Assembly: GCA_052168235.1 (NCBI GenBank)
Contig: JBQLZK010000015.1
Location: forward strand, 53,475 to 117,474
Direction of reading: 5' to 3'
DNA length: 64,000 bases
Source: Thainema sp.
GTDB taxonomy: Bacteria; Cyanobacteriota; Cyanobacteriia; Phormidesmidales; Phormidesmidaceae
The translations under genes and the position numbers were made by a program. The notes under the pieces are model-generated. The model was not told where the DNA came from, ran no database searches, and saw only the letters and a list, made by a program, of their open reading frames with translations. Shown piece after piece: positions 50,287-59,427 of the stretch; the first letter of the stretch is position 1; each line of letters opens with the position of its first letter.

Positions 50287-51633
50287 ATGTCGTTTTTCTC
50301 CAATCTGCGCGCCGTTCGCCCTTTCCTCATGGTTTGGAGCGGTCAGACGGTGTCGCTCTTGGGTAGCCGCATGACCAGTTTTGCCACGCTGCTCTGGGCA
50401 TGGCAGATCACGGAACAGGCAACCGCATTGTCATTCCTCTGGTTTTTTATGCTGCTACCCCAGGTGCTGATCTCACCATTTGCTGGCGCGATTGTGGATC
50501 GCTGGAATCGCAAAACGCTGATGATGGTAGGCGATGCGATCGCAGCTTTATCGACGGTCGTGCTATTAGCCCTGCACCTGACGGGGCAGCTTCAGATTTG
50601 GCATTTTTACTTAACGGGCGCAGTGAATGCCACCTTTGCCCAAATTCAAGAGCTGGCCTATTCCGCATCGGTGGCGCTGATGGTGCCCAAGACCCAGTAC
50701 AGCCGCGCCAGTAGCCTAGAGTTTTTGGCCAGCTACGGATCGCGCATTTTAGCTCCTGCCGCAGCCGGAGTGCTATATCCCTTGGTGGGTTTGACGGGCA
50801 TCTTTCTGGTTGACCTCGCTACATTTGCGATCGCAGTAAGCACTATCCTATTCTCATCCATTCCCCAACCCGCGCGTTCCTCAGCGGAGGCTAACGCTGA
50901 TGCGGCTCTCGGCATCTGGCACAACATGCAGTTCGGCTTTCGCTACATTTTCGCCACCCCCGGTCTGTGGGGCTTTTTGCTGCTGGCGATGCTGTTTCAG
51001 TTGATTCACGATCTTGGTGATGCCGTCTATGCCCCGATGATCCTAGCTCGCAGCAGTAACGATGCCGCTGTTTTTGGGATCGTCGGAGCCGCTGCTGGCC
51101 TCGGCGGTGTCACTGGCGCTGTGATGATGACGGCTTGGGGTGGATTCAAAACCCGCATTCATGGCGTACTGCTCGGCATGATCGGCGCAGGACTCAGCAA
51201 AACGCTTCTTGCTTTGGGGCAAAGTCCCCTCGTCTGGTTACCCACCCAGTTCTGCTCCTCCTTCCATTTCCCGATATTAGGCAGTTCAGAACAAGCTATC
51301 TGGCTCTCCAAAGTGCCGCCCGATATCCAAGGTCGCGTCTTTGCCGCTCGCTGGATGCTGGTTCAGCTTGCTTCACCGCTGAGCTTCTTAATCGGCGGGC
51401 CTTTGGCCGACTGGATATTTGAACCCGCCATGCAGCCCGGCGGAACGCTAACCCCCTATTTAGGCAACATTTTCGGCACTGGTACTGGGGCAGGCATGGC
51501 AGTTTTGTATGCCTTAACCTCTGTTGCCCTCATTGGCCTTGGCCTAAGTGGATACGCGATTTCCACCCTGCGCCACATTGAACAAGTCGTGCCCGATCAC
51601 GATGCGATCGCACCCGCCCACCTCAAACCCTAA
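50287..51633 (+). CDS. MFS transporter (probable siderophore exporter)
   Basis: Multiple TM helices, WSGQTVSLLGS, GAIVDRWNRK motif A and QGRVFA. Confidence 0.88.
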   Translation: MSFFSNLRAVRPFLMVWSGQTVSLLGSRMTSFATLLWAWQITEQATALSFLWFFMLLPQVLISPFAGAIVDRWNRKTLMMVGDAIAALSTVVLLALHLTGQLQIWHFYLTGAVNATFAQIQELAYSASVALMVPKTQYSRASSLEFLASYGSRILAPAAAGVLYPLVGLTGIFLVDLATFAIAVSTILFSSIPQPARSSAEANADAALGIWHNMQFGFRYIFATPGLWGFLLLAMLFQLIHDLGDAVYAPMILARSSNDAAVFGIVGAAAGLGGVTGAVMMTAWGGFKTRIHGVLLGMIGAGLSKTLLALGQSPLVWLPTQFCSSFHFPILGSSEQAIWLSKVPPDIQGRVFAARWMLVQLASPLSFLIGGPLADWIFEPAMQPGGTLTPYLGNIFGTGTGAGMAVLYALTSVALIGLGLSGYAISTLRHIEQVVPDHDAIAPAHLKP

Positions 51634-51658
51634 ACTCAACACTCAACACTCAAAACCC

Positions 51659-52432
51659 ATGACTTCCACCTCCACCCCAACCCCTCGCTACTCCGACTAT
51701 GACATCTACGCTCGCATCTACAACGACGAGATCGGCAACCGCCTCAGTCGGTTAGCCTTGCCGCCCCTGGAACAATTACTCTTTCCAGTCGCTCCCCCTC
51801 CCGCTACTCTGCTCGACCTCTGCTGCGGAACGGGACACTTAGCCGCCGATCTAACCCGTCGCGGCTATACCGTGCAGGGGCTAGACGGTTCTGAGCAAAT
51901 GCTGCACTACGCGCGGCTAAATGCACCAGCAGCAACGTTTATATTGGCAGATGCCCGTTCGTTTTCCTTATCCCAACCGGTTCAGGCCGTCATCTCTACA
52001 TCCGATTCACTCAATCATATTTTGCAGCTTGATGAGCTGAGCCAGGTTTTCCAAAACGTGTATGCGGCCCTCTCCTCCCAGGGTTACTTCCTGTTCGATT
52101 TCAATCTAGAGAGCCGCTACCAAGCCGACACTTGGAACGGTTCTCTAGCAGGTGGAATTGCCGATGACTACGCCTGGGCTGCTCAGCGCGTATACGATAA
52201 CAACCTGGGGCAGGTACACCTAACCATTTTTCAGCGGGTTGAAAATGACCTCTGGCAGCGTTCCGATAGCTGCTTGACGGGCAGAAGTTACGACCTTTCA
52301 GACGTGCAGTTGGCCTTAACTCAAGCTGGCTTCACGGATATTCAAATCTATGACGCCCAAAACGACTTTAATATTCACGACTGGGGGCCAGGTAAGGTTT
52401 ACGTTTGGTGCCGTAAACAGGCCGAAGATTGA
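51659..52432 (+). CDS. Class I SAM-dependent methyltransferase
   Basis: LLDLCCGTG, GLDGSEQML, ADARSF and DSLNH motifs. Start placed at MTSTS, after a CTCAACA repeat. Confidence 0.88.
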   Translation: MTSTSTPTPRYSDYDIYARIYNDEIGNRLSRLALPPLEQLLFPVAPPPATLLDLCCGTGHLAADLTRRGYTVQGLDGSEQMLHYARLNAPAATFILADARSFSLSQPVQAVISTSDSLNHILQLDELSQVFQNVYAALSSQGYFLFDFNLESRYQADTWNGSLAGGIADDYAWAAQRVYDNNLGQVHLTIFQRVENDLWQRSDSCLTGRSYDLSDVQLALTQAGFTDIQIYDAQNDFNIHDWGPGKVYVWCRKQAED

Positions 52433-52452
52433 TTACTGTAAATCAAGTTTTG

Positions 52453-52491
52453 ATAGTTGAGGTGCCGCGCTCCGCGCGGCACCTCAACTAT
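52453..52491. terminator. Perfect hairpin (18-bp arms) between convergent genes; GCCGCGC-TCC-GCGCGGC core
   Basis: ATAGTTGAGGTGCCGCGC TCC GCGCGGCACCTCAACTAT. Confidence 0.7.
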
Positions 52492-52512
52492 TTATAGAAA
52501 ACCCAATTGATA

Positions 52513-53490
52513 TTACTCACCCCTAAGACCTTCACAGCCCTCTACCGCCCTAATATTCTTAACCAACGATGGAGCAAGTTCGGACGGTTGCTTGCTGTAA
52601 CAAGACACCTTGAGCTGCAATGTGCGATCGCAATCTTCTAATACGTCTCCCTGAAAGCGCTTCACCGTGCCATCAGCCGTTTGAAATTGCAGCTCAAAGC
52701 GATGAAATGTGCCAGCCTCATTGGCTTCAATCAGGTGGCACTCTACAGGATAATCTAACCAATCCCAACCATATTGCAGCATCAGCTCCCGCTCAAAAGG
52801 CTGTGCGTCGTAAGGCAACAGACCCCAGCCGCGATAGATTTCAGACATGACTTGAATCGATCCGGTGCGTGCCAGGAGAGCCGCGAATGAATCCGCCGTG
52901 AGCCGTCCATAATAGCGCCCTGACGGCAAATCAATCAGCGTTGGAGCAAAGCGATGGCAACCAATATGGCTCACCTGCCAAACCCTGACCTGCGGTAAAT
53001 TCAGTGCTTCAATAGCTTTGACTGCCTGATGAAAGAACGGCTTGCCATAGCGAGCACAGCAACGGTCGTGACTGCCGTGGGTACAGATCAAAATATCGCG
53101 CATTGGAGCCGGACAATTGCTTGCCTGGGGACGCGCCAACTGTCCTTTAAGCAGCGGGGCCACAGCCTCCAGGTTAGGAACCTGAAACTCTTGAGCATGG
53201 TAGCCAGTGGCTAAGCCGCTGGGCTGTCGGAAAATCATCACCCGCGTTTGATCGTCTTGCTGCAACTGGGGATTGTGAATCAGCAAAGGCCGCACAGCGC
53301 CGTGAGTCTGCTGATAGTCCTGCAAAACCACTTTCAGCTCAGCAGGCAAACCCTGAGAATCTAACGCATTAGCCGCCCACGGCGGCGGACATTCAATCAG
53401 CACGTACAGCGGCGTAGTCACCGCATAGCCAATCAGCTCCTCCCCCAGTTGAGCCGAGACATTAGCACAAAACGCTGGTTTTGCAGTCAT
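52513..53490 (-). CDS. Sucrase/ferredoxin-like (thioredoxin-fold [2Fe-2S]) protein
   Basis: YVLIECPPPW, ICTHGSHDRCC and SHIGCHRFAPT..GRYYG motifs. Confidence 0.85.
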   Translation of the reverse strand: MTAKPAFCANVSAQLGEELIGYAVTTPLYVLIECPPPWAANALDSQGLPAELKVVLQDYQQTHGAVRPLLIHNPQLQQDDQTRVMIFRQPSGLATGYHAQEFQVPNLEAVAPLLKGQLARPQASNCPAPMRDILICTHGSHDRCCARYGKPFFHQAVKAIEALNLPQVRVWQVSHIGCHRFAPTLIDLPSGRYYGRLTADSFAALLARTGSIQVMSEIYRGWGLLPYDAQPFERELMLQYGWDWLDYPVECHLIEANEAGTFHRFELQFQTADGTVKRFQGDVLEDCDRTLQLKVSCYSKQPSELAPSLVKNIRAVEGCEGLRGE

Positions 53491-53533
53491 TCCTCCTCAC
53501 TTCTCACTCCTCACTCCTCACTCCTCACTTCGC

Positions 53534-55690
53534 TCAAGGATTCACTGTTTCTTGAAAGACCAAATGAGCTTCAATTTCTGAGCGCGATCGCAAAACTGGA
53601 CGCATGGCTTGCTGGCTAAACTGCTGCAAAGCTTGATCCATAATCCCTGGAACGGCATGGGTTTGTGTGGCATTACTATAACTCATAGAGGCCATTGCCC
53701 GCACGGGATTCGAGAATTCAATTGCAGCCACATAGGAATCCCCACCATAGGCCACAAACTGGTTATCGTCAGTCGGCATAAACCAAACAGAGCGAAAGAC
53801 CCCTAGCGGTTCGTCGGCTCCATTGGCAGGCAGATCAACCTGTTCAGCTTGCAGCCGAAACACCTCACCCCAAGCTATATCCAGGCTGCCATAGGTGGTC
53901 TGGATATCTGCTGCCACTTCTTCTAAGACCGCAACAGCTTGAGCGGGATCAGCCAAGCCATCCGGCGTACTCAAGGGCTGATCAGCATCCCAGGGCTGAG
54001 CAAACAAATCGGCAACGCCCATCGCTTCTGCCCACCGCACAAATAGAACGGCTCCCTGGCTCTCTGCATCAGTTCGCCGATCCCACTGACTCAGTACCGA
54101 TACGGCCTGCTGTGCTAGCTCATTGCCCTGCTGCTGCGCCACAGGCAGTAAGTCATCCAGCAGCCGATCAGCCAGCATGATTCGAGTTGAATGCTTGTAT
54201 TCAATTAGCTCTGAAAATGCGATCGCATCATCCTGAAGCAGCATCTCTGCCGAGCGCTGTGCCCGCAGTGACATTGGTTCAGAGGGAGCCATATAGGCCG
54301 GATAATCATCAGCTGAAATCGCGAGTGGAAATGTTGTCGTCCAAGGCGGATCATTGGCATTTTGCAGCCATCCACTGACCGGATCGACGATGCGCGGTAA
54401 ATCCTCATAGGAATGCATCTCTGTCCACAACGTTGCGGCTGTATCACCAGGCTGCACCTCAGACCAGTCTTCAAAATCTCCCTGCGATCGCACCGGCACC
54501 TGTCCATTAAACAGATGCATAATATGCCCCTCGCGGTCGGCATACATCACCGTAAACATGGGCAGTTGCATTGGCTCTAGAGCCGCTTCAAACTCCCGTA
54601 AATTCGTAGCCCGTGCCATATTCCACCACTCTTCCATCGCGCCCGCTCGATCCAAACCGACGACTCGCAGAGCAATTGCTGTGTCTTCTGTCTCGCGCAC
54701 AACCGGGCCATGCACAGAGCGCTTAATGACCAGTGGTTCCTCCCGCCATGTCCCATCGGGCTGCTTGATCTTCAAGACTTGCTGCGTCACCTCAAAATCG
54801 CGGTGTTCTCCTTCCCAGCGATAGCCGTCGTCCACAAGCTCTAGACGATAAGCATCCCAGCCATCATGGGTATTGACTGTATGCGTCCAGCCCAAATGGT
54901 TATTAAACGCGATGCCTAATACGGGCATACCGACTAGAGTGGCACCGTAGGCATCGATTCCCGGTGCCGATAAATGCGCTTCATACCAGCGAAACAAGTC
55001 TGACCAAAATAAATGGGGATTGGCCAGCAGCATTGCGTGACCACTCTCGCTGCGAGCTGGCGCAATTGCCCAGGCATTTGAACCCGGTTGGTGCAACGGT
55101 TCCCAAGATCGAGCCGTGTCTTCACTGGTTGCCAGATCCAAATCGGCAATTTCGTCTGGATTCACCACAAATATGAAGTGCAGCACCCGCTGACCGTGAG
55201 CCAAAATATCTGTCGCGGTAACAGGTAAGACGACAGAAAAGGCCGGATCAATGCGATCGCGATGTGCCTCAGCATAGGCGTTAATCCCGGCGGCAAACGC
55301 ATCTAAGTAGCCCCGAAAGGCTGGACTTTGAGTAGTGTACCAGTCTGCTGCTCGCTCCGGAATGCCCATTGTTCGCACCCATTGATCCGAGTCCCGATAG
55401 TCTTCCCCCCAATACTCTGCTGCTCGTCCTCGCGCCTGACCGTAAAGCCGCAGCAGTAAATCAGCATGGCTCTGCATCTGTGCCCAACCAAAGGCGTAAA
55501 ACAATCCCTGAGCATCCCGGCTATAAAGATGCGGTACGCCGTAGGTATCCCAGAGAACTTCGGATGAGCTTTGGGCAATGCCAGGGGTATAGAATCCAGC
55601 GGTTGCAGTGATGATCAAACCCAGTAGCAGAGCAATTCCTCGACGCATCCAGCGGTAGCGATTGAATAATCGGGATCTGATTTTTGACAA
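53534..55690 (-). CDS. Penicillin acylase family Ntn-hydrolase (PvdQ-like acylase)
   Basis: Signal peptide, WDTYGVPH, GSNAWAIAP (nucleophile Ser), LLANPHL, GWTHTVN and QNANDPPW. Confidence 0.92.
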   Translation of the reverse strand: MSKIRSRLFNRYRWMRRGIALLLGLIITATAGFYTPGIAQSSSEVLWDTYGVPHLYSRDAQGLFYAFGWAQMQSHADLLLRLYGQARGRAAEYWGEDYRDSDQWVRTMGIPERAADWYTTQSPAFRGYLDAFAAGINAYAEAHRDRIDPAFSVVLPVTATDILAHGQRVLHFIFVVNPDEIADLDLATSEDTARSWEPLHQPGSNAWAIAPARSESGHAMLLANPHLFWSDLFRWYEAHLSAPGIDAYGATLVGMPVLGIAFNNHLGWTHTVNTHDGWDAYRLELVDDGYRWEGEHRDFEVTQQVLKIKQPDGTWREEPLVIKRSVHGPVVRETEDTAIALRVVGLDRAGAMEEWWNMARATNLREFEAALEPMQLPMFTVMYADREGHIMHLFNGQVPVRSQGDFEDWSEVQPGDTAATLWTEMHSYEDLPRIVDPVSGWLQNANDPPWTTTFPLAISADDYPAYMAPSEPMSLRAQRSAEMLLQDDAIAFSELIEYKHSTRIMLADRLLDDLLPVAQQQGNELAQQAVSVLSQWDRRTDAESQGAVLFVRWAEAMGVADLFAQPWDADQPLSTPDGLADPAQAVAVLEEVAADIQTTYGSLDIAWGEVFRLQAEQVDLPANGADEPLGVFRSVWFMPTDDNQFVAYGGDSYVAAIEFSNPVRAMASMSYSNATQTHAVPGIMDQALQQFSQQAMRPVLRSRSEIEAHLVFQETVNP

Positions 55691-55820
55691 TTCTCACCTC
55701 AACATCACTTCTAATTGCAACTCACAAATCACACCTTGCTCATTCCAAATTCAAAGCAGCAATTATGCCCCAGACATCACAGCGTTATCTGTGGTTTAGG
55801 CGCAGGATGTGAATGTAGCT

Positions 55821-55841
55821 AAATGAAAATAAATCTCAAAT
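55821..55841. promoter_or_regulatory. Fur-box-like site upstream of the acylase operon
   Basis: AAATGAAAATAAATCTCAAAT resembles the AATGATAAT-N-ATTATCATT consensus. Confidence 0.5.
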
Positions 55842-55987
55842 ATATTGAGCCTGATCGAGTCACTCATGTCAAGCAGCTTTAAACACAGCTTTAAACAATC
55901 GTTTGCCGTAAATTGATCTAAAGATCCCATGGCTGCACTAGCAACTCAGATAAACAGAATATTAGTTGAGAGCTATTTTCATCAAGG

Positions 55988-56179
55988 ATGGATGAGAAAA
56001 CGGGCAGTGCGATCGCATTTGGCTCACCGGGTGGTTCGACGATTATCACGACGGTTTTGGGTATTGCGGTCAATCTGATTAATTTTGATTTACCACTAGA
56101 ACAGGTAATTGCCGCTCCTCGGCTGTCGCAGCGCAATAATGGCATGACGTGGGTTGAACCCGGTTGTCAAGTAGATTGA
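55988..56179 (+). pseudogene. ggt: Gamma-glutamyltransferase C-terminal fragment
   Basis: AFGSPGGSTIITTVL..NLINFDL..AAPRLSQRN matches the GGT small-subunit motif. The rest of the gene is absent. Confidence 0.75.
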
Positions 56180-56233
56180 TAGCGGGGCTATGGTTGCAAT
56201 GCTTTTGATTCTGACTCTGACAGGAGCGATCGG

Positions 56234-57378
56234 ATGAACGCCCCAAAAACCTACACGATTGAAGAATTCCTAGGCACAACCAACTATCTGGGTGCCTCAT
56301 TCTCTCCGGATCAGCGCAACCTGTTGGTCAGTAGCGATCGCTCCGGAATCTACAATGCCTATCGTCTCCGCATCCGTGACGGCAGCACGATTCAGCTAAC
56401 CCACTCATCCACCGATTCAATTTTTGCGATCGCATATTTCCCCACGAATGAACGCTTCATATACCAGAGCGATTGCGGTGGCAACGAACTGAGTCATATT
56501 TATGTGCAAGCGCCCGATGGTACCGTAACTGATCTGATTCCCGGTGAGAACTTGAAGGCGGTGTTCCTGGGGTGGGCTAAAGACGATCAGTCGTTTTTTA
56601 TTGGGACAAATGAGCGAGATCCGCGCTTTTTTGATGTCTACGAGTACCAGGCTGCGTCCTATCAACGGCAGCTCATTTATGAAAACAATCAGGGGTTGGA
56701 CTTTGAAGACATCACCCCAGATCGTCGCATCATTGCCTTCGCAAAACATGACACCAATGCGAATAGCGATATTTATTTGTACGATTGCCACACTGGCCAG
56801 CTCAACAATATTACGGCTCACGGTGGCGATATTCATCATCGGCCCGCCGGATTCAGTCCCGCTGGTCAGTTTTTGTATTACCTCACCGATCGCGACAGAG
56901 AGTTTTTGTATCTGATGCGCTACAACCTGGCCAGCGGTAGTCATCAACAGCTCTTATCGGCAGACTGGGATATTTACAACGTGTCTCTATCCAAGCACGG
57001 CAAATATTTGGTGCTGAGTATCAACAATGATGCCCGGACTGAACTCCGAATATATGATGCGGTCAGCCTTTCACCTGTTGAGCTACCTCAGTTGCCTAAT
57101 GCTGAAATCAGCTCGGTTGCGATCGCACAAACTGAAGATCGGATGGCATTTTATGCCAGTAGCAGCAATATGCCTCACGATCTCTTTGTCTACGACTTTA
57201 ATGGTGACACACCAATCCGGCTAACTCATTCGCTCAATCCCAATATCAATCCTGATGATTTAGTGGACGGCAAAGTGGTTCGTTTTGCCTCCTATGATGA
57301 CTTGGAGATTCCTGGCATTCTCTATCTGCCGCATCAGGCCAATGAAGCGGCTCAAGTTCCGGCTTTAGTCTGGGTACT
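56234..57378 (+). pseudogene. S9 family peptidase, truncated before the catalytic domain
   Basis: TolB-like beta-propeller repeats, then RFASYDDLEIPGILY..VPALVWV, where HGGP is expected. The sequence then switches to IS DNA. Confidence 0.85.
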
Positions 57379-58052
57379 GCGACTTGGTCAAAGAGCGCTC
57401 GTTCGGAAGCATGACCATCTTCACAGGAGAAAATGTTGACCGCAAGATGAAGCATCGGGTCAAGCACGACCAAGGACTTACCTGGCATGGCCGCTTCCGA
57501 CAACGGTTGAAGCACCCCTAGGCGATGGTCGGTCGCTGAGAGGCAGTTGCCATCTAACACGCGCAGACGGTAGCGACCGTTCCAAGTCGTCGATAGACCG
57601 ATCAACTCGTTAATCAGGTTAGCCAGTTCAGTTGCCGTTTCTCGCAATAGGGCAGCCGTCACTTGCGGTTCAATGCCATTGAGCTTTGAGTAGAAGGCAC
57701 TGGCGCTCACTAGCACGATAGATGACTGAGCTCGATAGGCAGCATAAACCGATGGATAGATGCTACAGACGACGAGACTCATCAGCTCAACTACGCTGGA
57801 GAAGAGCAGTTCACGCTCATATTGCAGCTGGGCATAGTCATGGAACAGTCTATCGAGGCGATGGGGTATAAAGATGCGTTCCATCAGTCCCCTCAGCATG
57901 ACACTCACCGGGCTCTGTTTGACGAAATGCTCAAAAAGGGTGGGTAACATTGGACGACCCACAACGGAAGTAACGTCGTTACTTTGGTCTTGGCCCAGTG
58001 TCGTCCTTCTGGCATTATTCTTTTACCCGTTTTTAACACCTTGAAAGGGCTA
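57378..58052 (-). mobile_element. IS4-family element remnant (one end plus N-terminal part of the transposase)
   Basis: QYERELLFSSVVELMSLVV, RLRVLDGNCL..HRL, PGKSLVV and CEDGHASER resemble IS4 transposases. The C-terminal DDE part is missing. A candidate end TAGCCCTTTCAAGGTG lies at about 58052. Confidence 0.8.
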
Positions 58053-58061
58053 ATCACAAAC

Positions 58062-58109
58062 TTTATTCGTGTTACTTTAACCAATCAACATTAAAGTAAC
58101 ACGAATAAA
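58062..58109. repeat. 48-bp palindromic site, copy C (perfect 19-bp arms)
   Basis: TTTATTCGTGTTACTTTAA-ccaatcaaca-TTAAAGTAACACGAATAAA. Confidence 0.9.
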
Positions 58110-58148
58110 TGGTATAAATTGTCGGCTAGATAGTCATTTGGGTCTGTT

Positions 58149-58234
58149 GTGAGATTGCACCTTCCCAACGAAAAGTCTGATCACGAAGACTATGTCGAGG
58201 TGAACTTGGTCATGGGATGGGGTTGAGATCGCAC
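58149..58234. repeat. Second copy of the hairpin element at 11524-11600
   Basis: AAAAGTCTGATCACGAAGACTATGTCGAGGTGAACTTGGTCATGGGATGGGGTTGAGATC aligns with 11538-11597. Confidence 0.75.
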
Positions 58235-58350
58235 GATTAATGAAAAGCACCCTTAGAGGTAATGCGACGGTTAATAGATGGTGTCTACACTCGACCTACT
58301 TAATCTTCAAAACAAGATTGCGAGCAGGACGATGGAGTTTATCAGTGTCT

Positions 58351-58908
58351 ATGAAGCGAATTACTTTACTTATATGTTGTGCAATTTTGCCGCTGACGAA
58401 TTTACCTAGACAAGCACAAGCCAGTACAGAAATGTTCTACCCGGCTTCTATGTGTACTCCGCTAACGGCAGAAGATTTTGATACTGACAGTCGTCCCAAT
58501 GGTCTCTATTTAAGTAGTCCTCAGTCAGGCTGGCAGAATGATGCACAAACAGAACATAGAAAGTTGAGGTGTCCAATCCCGTATGAATTTAACCCTAACG
58601 ATGCCTCTTCCATTTCTGTCAGAGTACATCTGCGCGTTCTGACAGGTGACCGATTCTTTATACAGTTGACTGGCTATGATTCCGCGCTAGGAGTTACGGA
58701 ACGGGTAAATCTAGAGACCAATGCAACCAATGCATTAAGAGTAGATCGCAACGGATTTCAAGTTTATGAGCTCACGCTAGATAGGGACGATGTGCCCAAT
58801 ATACGCTTTTTAGAATTGGATGTAATAGTTCCCGACAAATCTGGAGAGGGACGCCATCAACGGGTAAACAGTGTTTTAGGTTATCGAGTGTTCCGTGGTT
58901 CACCCTAA
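58351..58908 (+). CDS. Hypothetical secreted protein
   Basis: Signal peptide MKRITLLICCAILP..AQA. FYPASMCTP and LRCPIPY give a Cys pair. No family recognised. Confidence 0.6.
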   Translation: MKRITLLICCAILPLTNLPRQAQASTEMFYPASMCTPLTAEDFDTDSRPNGLYLSSPQSGWQNDAQTEHRKLRCPIPYEFNPNDASSISVRVHLRVLTGDRFFIQLTGYDSALGVTERVNLETNATNALRVDRNGFQVYELTLDRDDVPNIRFLELDVIVPDKSGEGRHQRVNSVLGYRVFRGSP

Positions 58909-59360
58909 AGAAACGGACACGATAAGTCTATCCCCAAACTTTCTCACTGCGAGCTTGCTCAACACGCGCTATTCCCCTTTCGGTATCTTCAACAGCGACA
59001 AATGGCTCTTGGATAGAACATTGAACCCATTGAGTTTCCTGCTGTATACCAACTCCGCTGCGATTATTAAAAAGCTTGATTGCATAAAGCGTTTGTTCAT
59101 AACCATCAATTTGCCTTTGGTTTATTGTTTCCTGTTCCAACAGGTTCAGCTCCCAGCAACTCCCGATGCGACACCCTCTGGATAACGCCCTGCCTGTGTT
59201 ATGAAACTGAAGAAGGGTAGTGATTGAGACTGTCGAGCGATTGGGAGGCTCTACATTTATATCTGGATGGCAATTTGAGCCAGTAGCTTTTCAGGTTGAA
59301 CTAAGCCAGTGAAGGCTCACGGAATACAAGTTGCGATCGCAACTCCCCAGTGGCTAAATA

Positions 59361-59387
59361 AAAAGCCTGATCTTTGAGATCAGGCTA
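59361..59387 (-). terminator. Intrinsic terminator after the DUF4278 gene
   Basis: Minus strand AGCCTGATCT-CAA-AGATCAGGCT followed by a T-run. Confidence 0.7.
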
Positions 59388-59427
59388 ACAGGAGGAGAGT
59401 ATTGTCGGAGGGAGCAGGAGAGAAGGA

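Noticed and set aside
58928..59190. 70-aa minus-strand ORF
   Set aside because: Looks like a gene fragment, but I cannot assign a family from the sequence alone.
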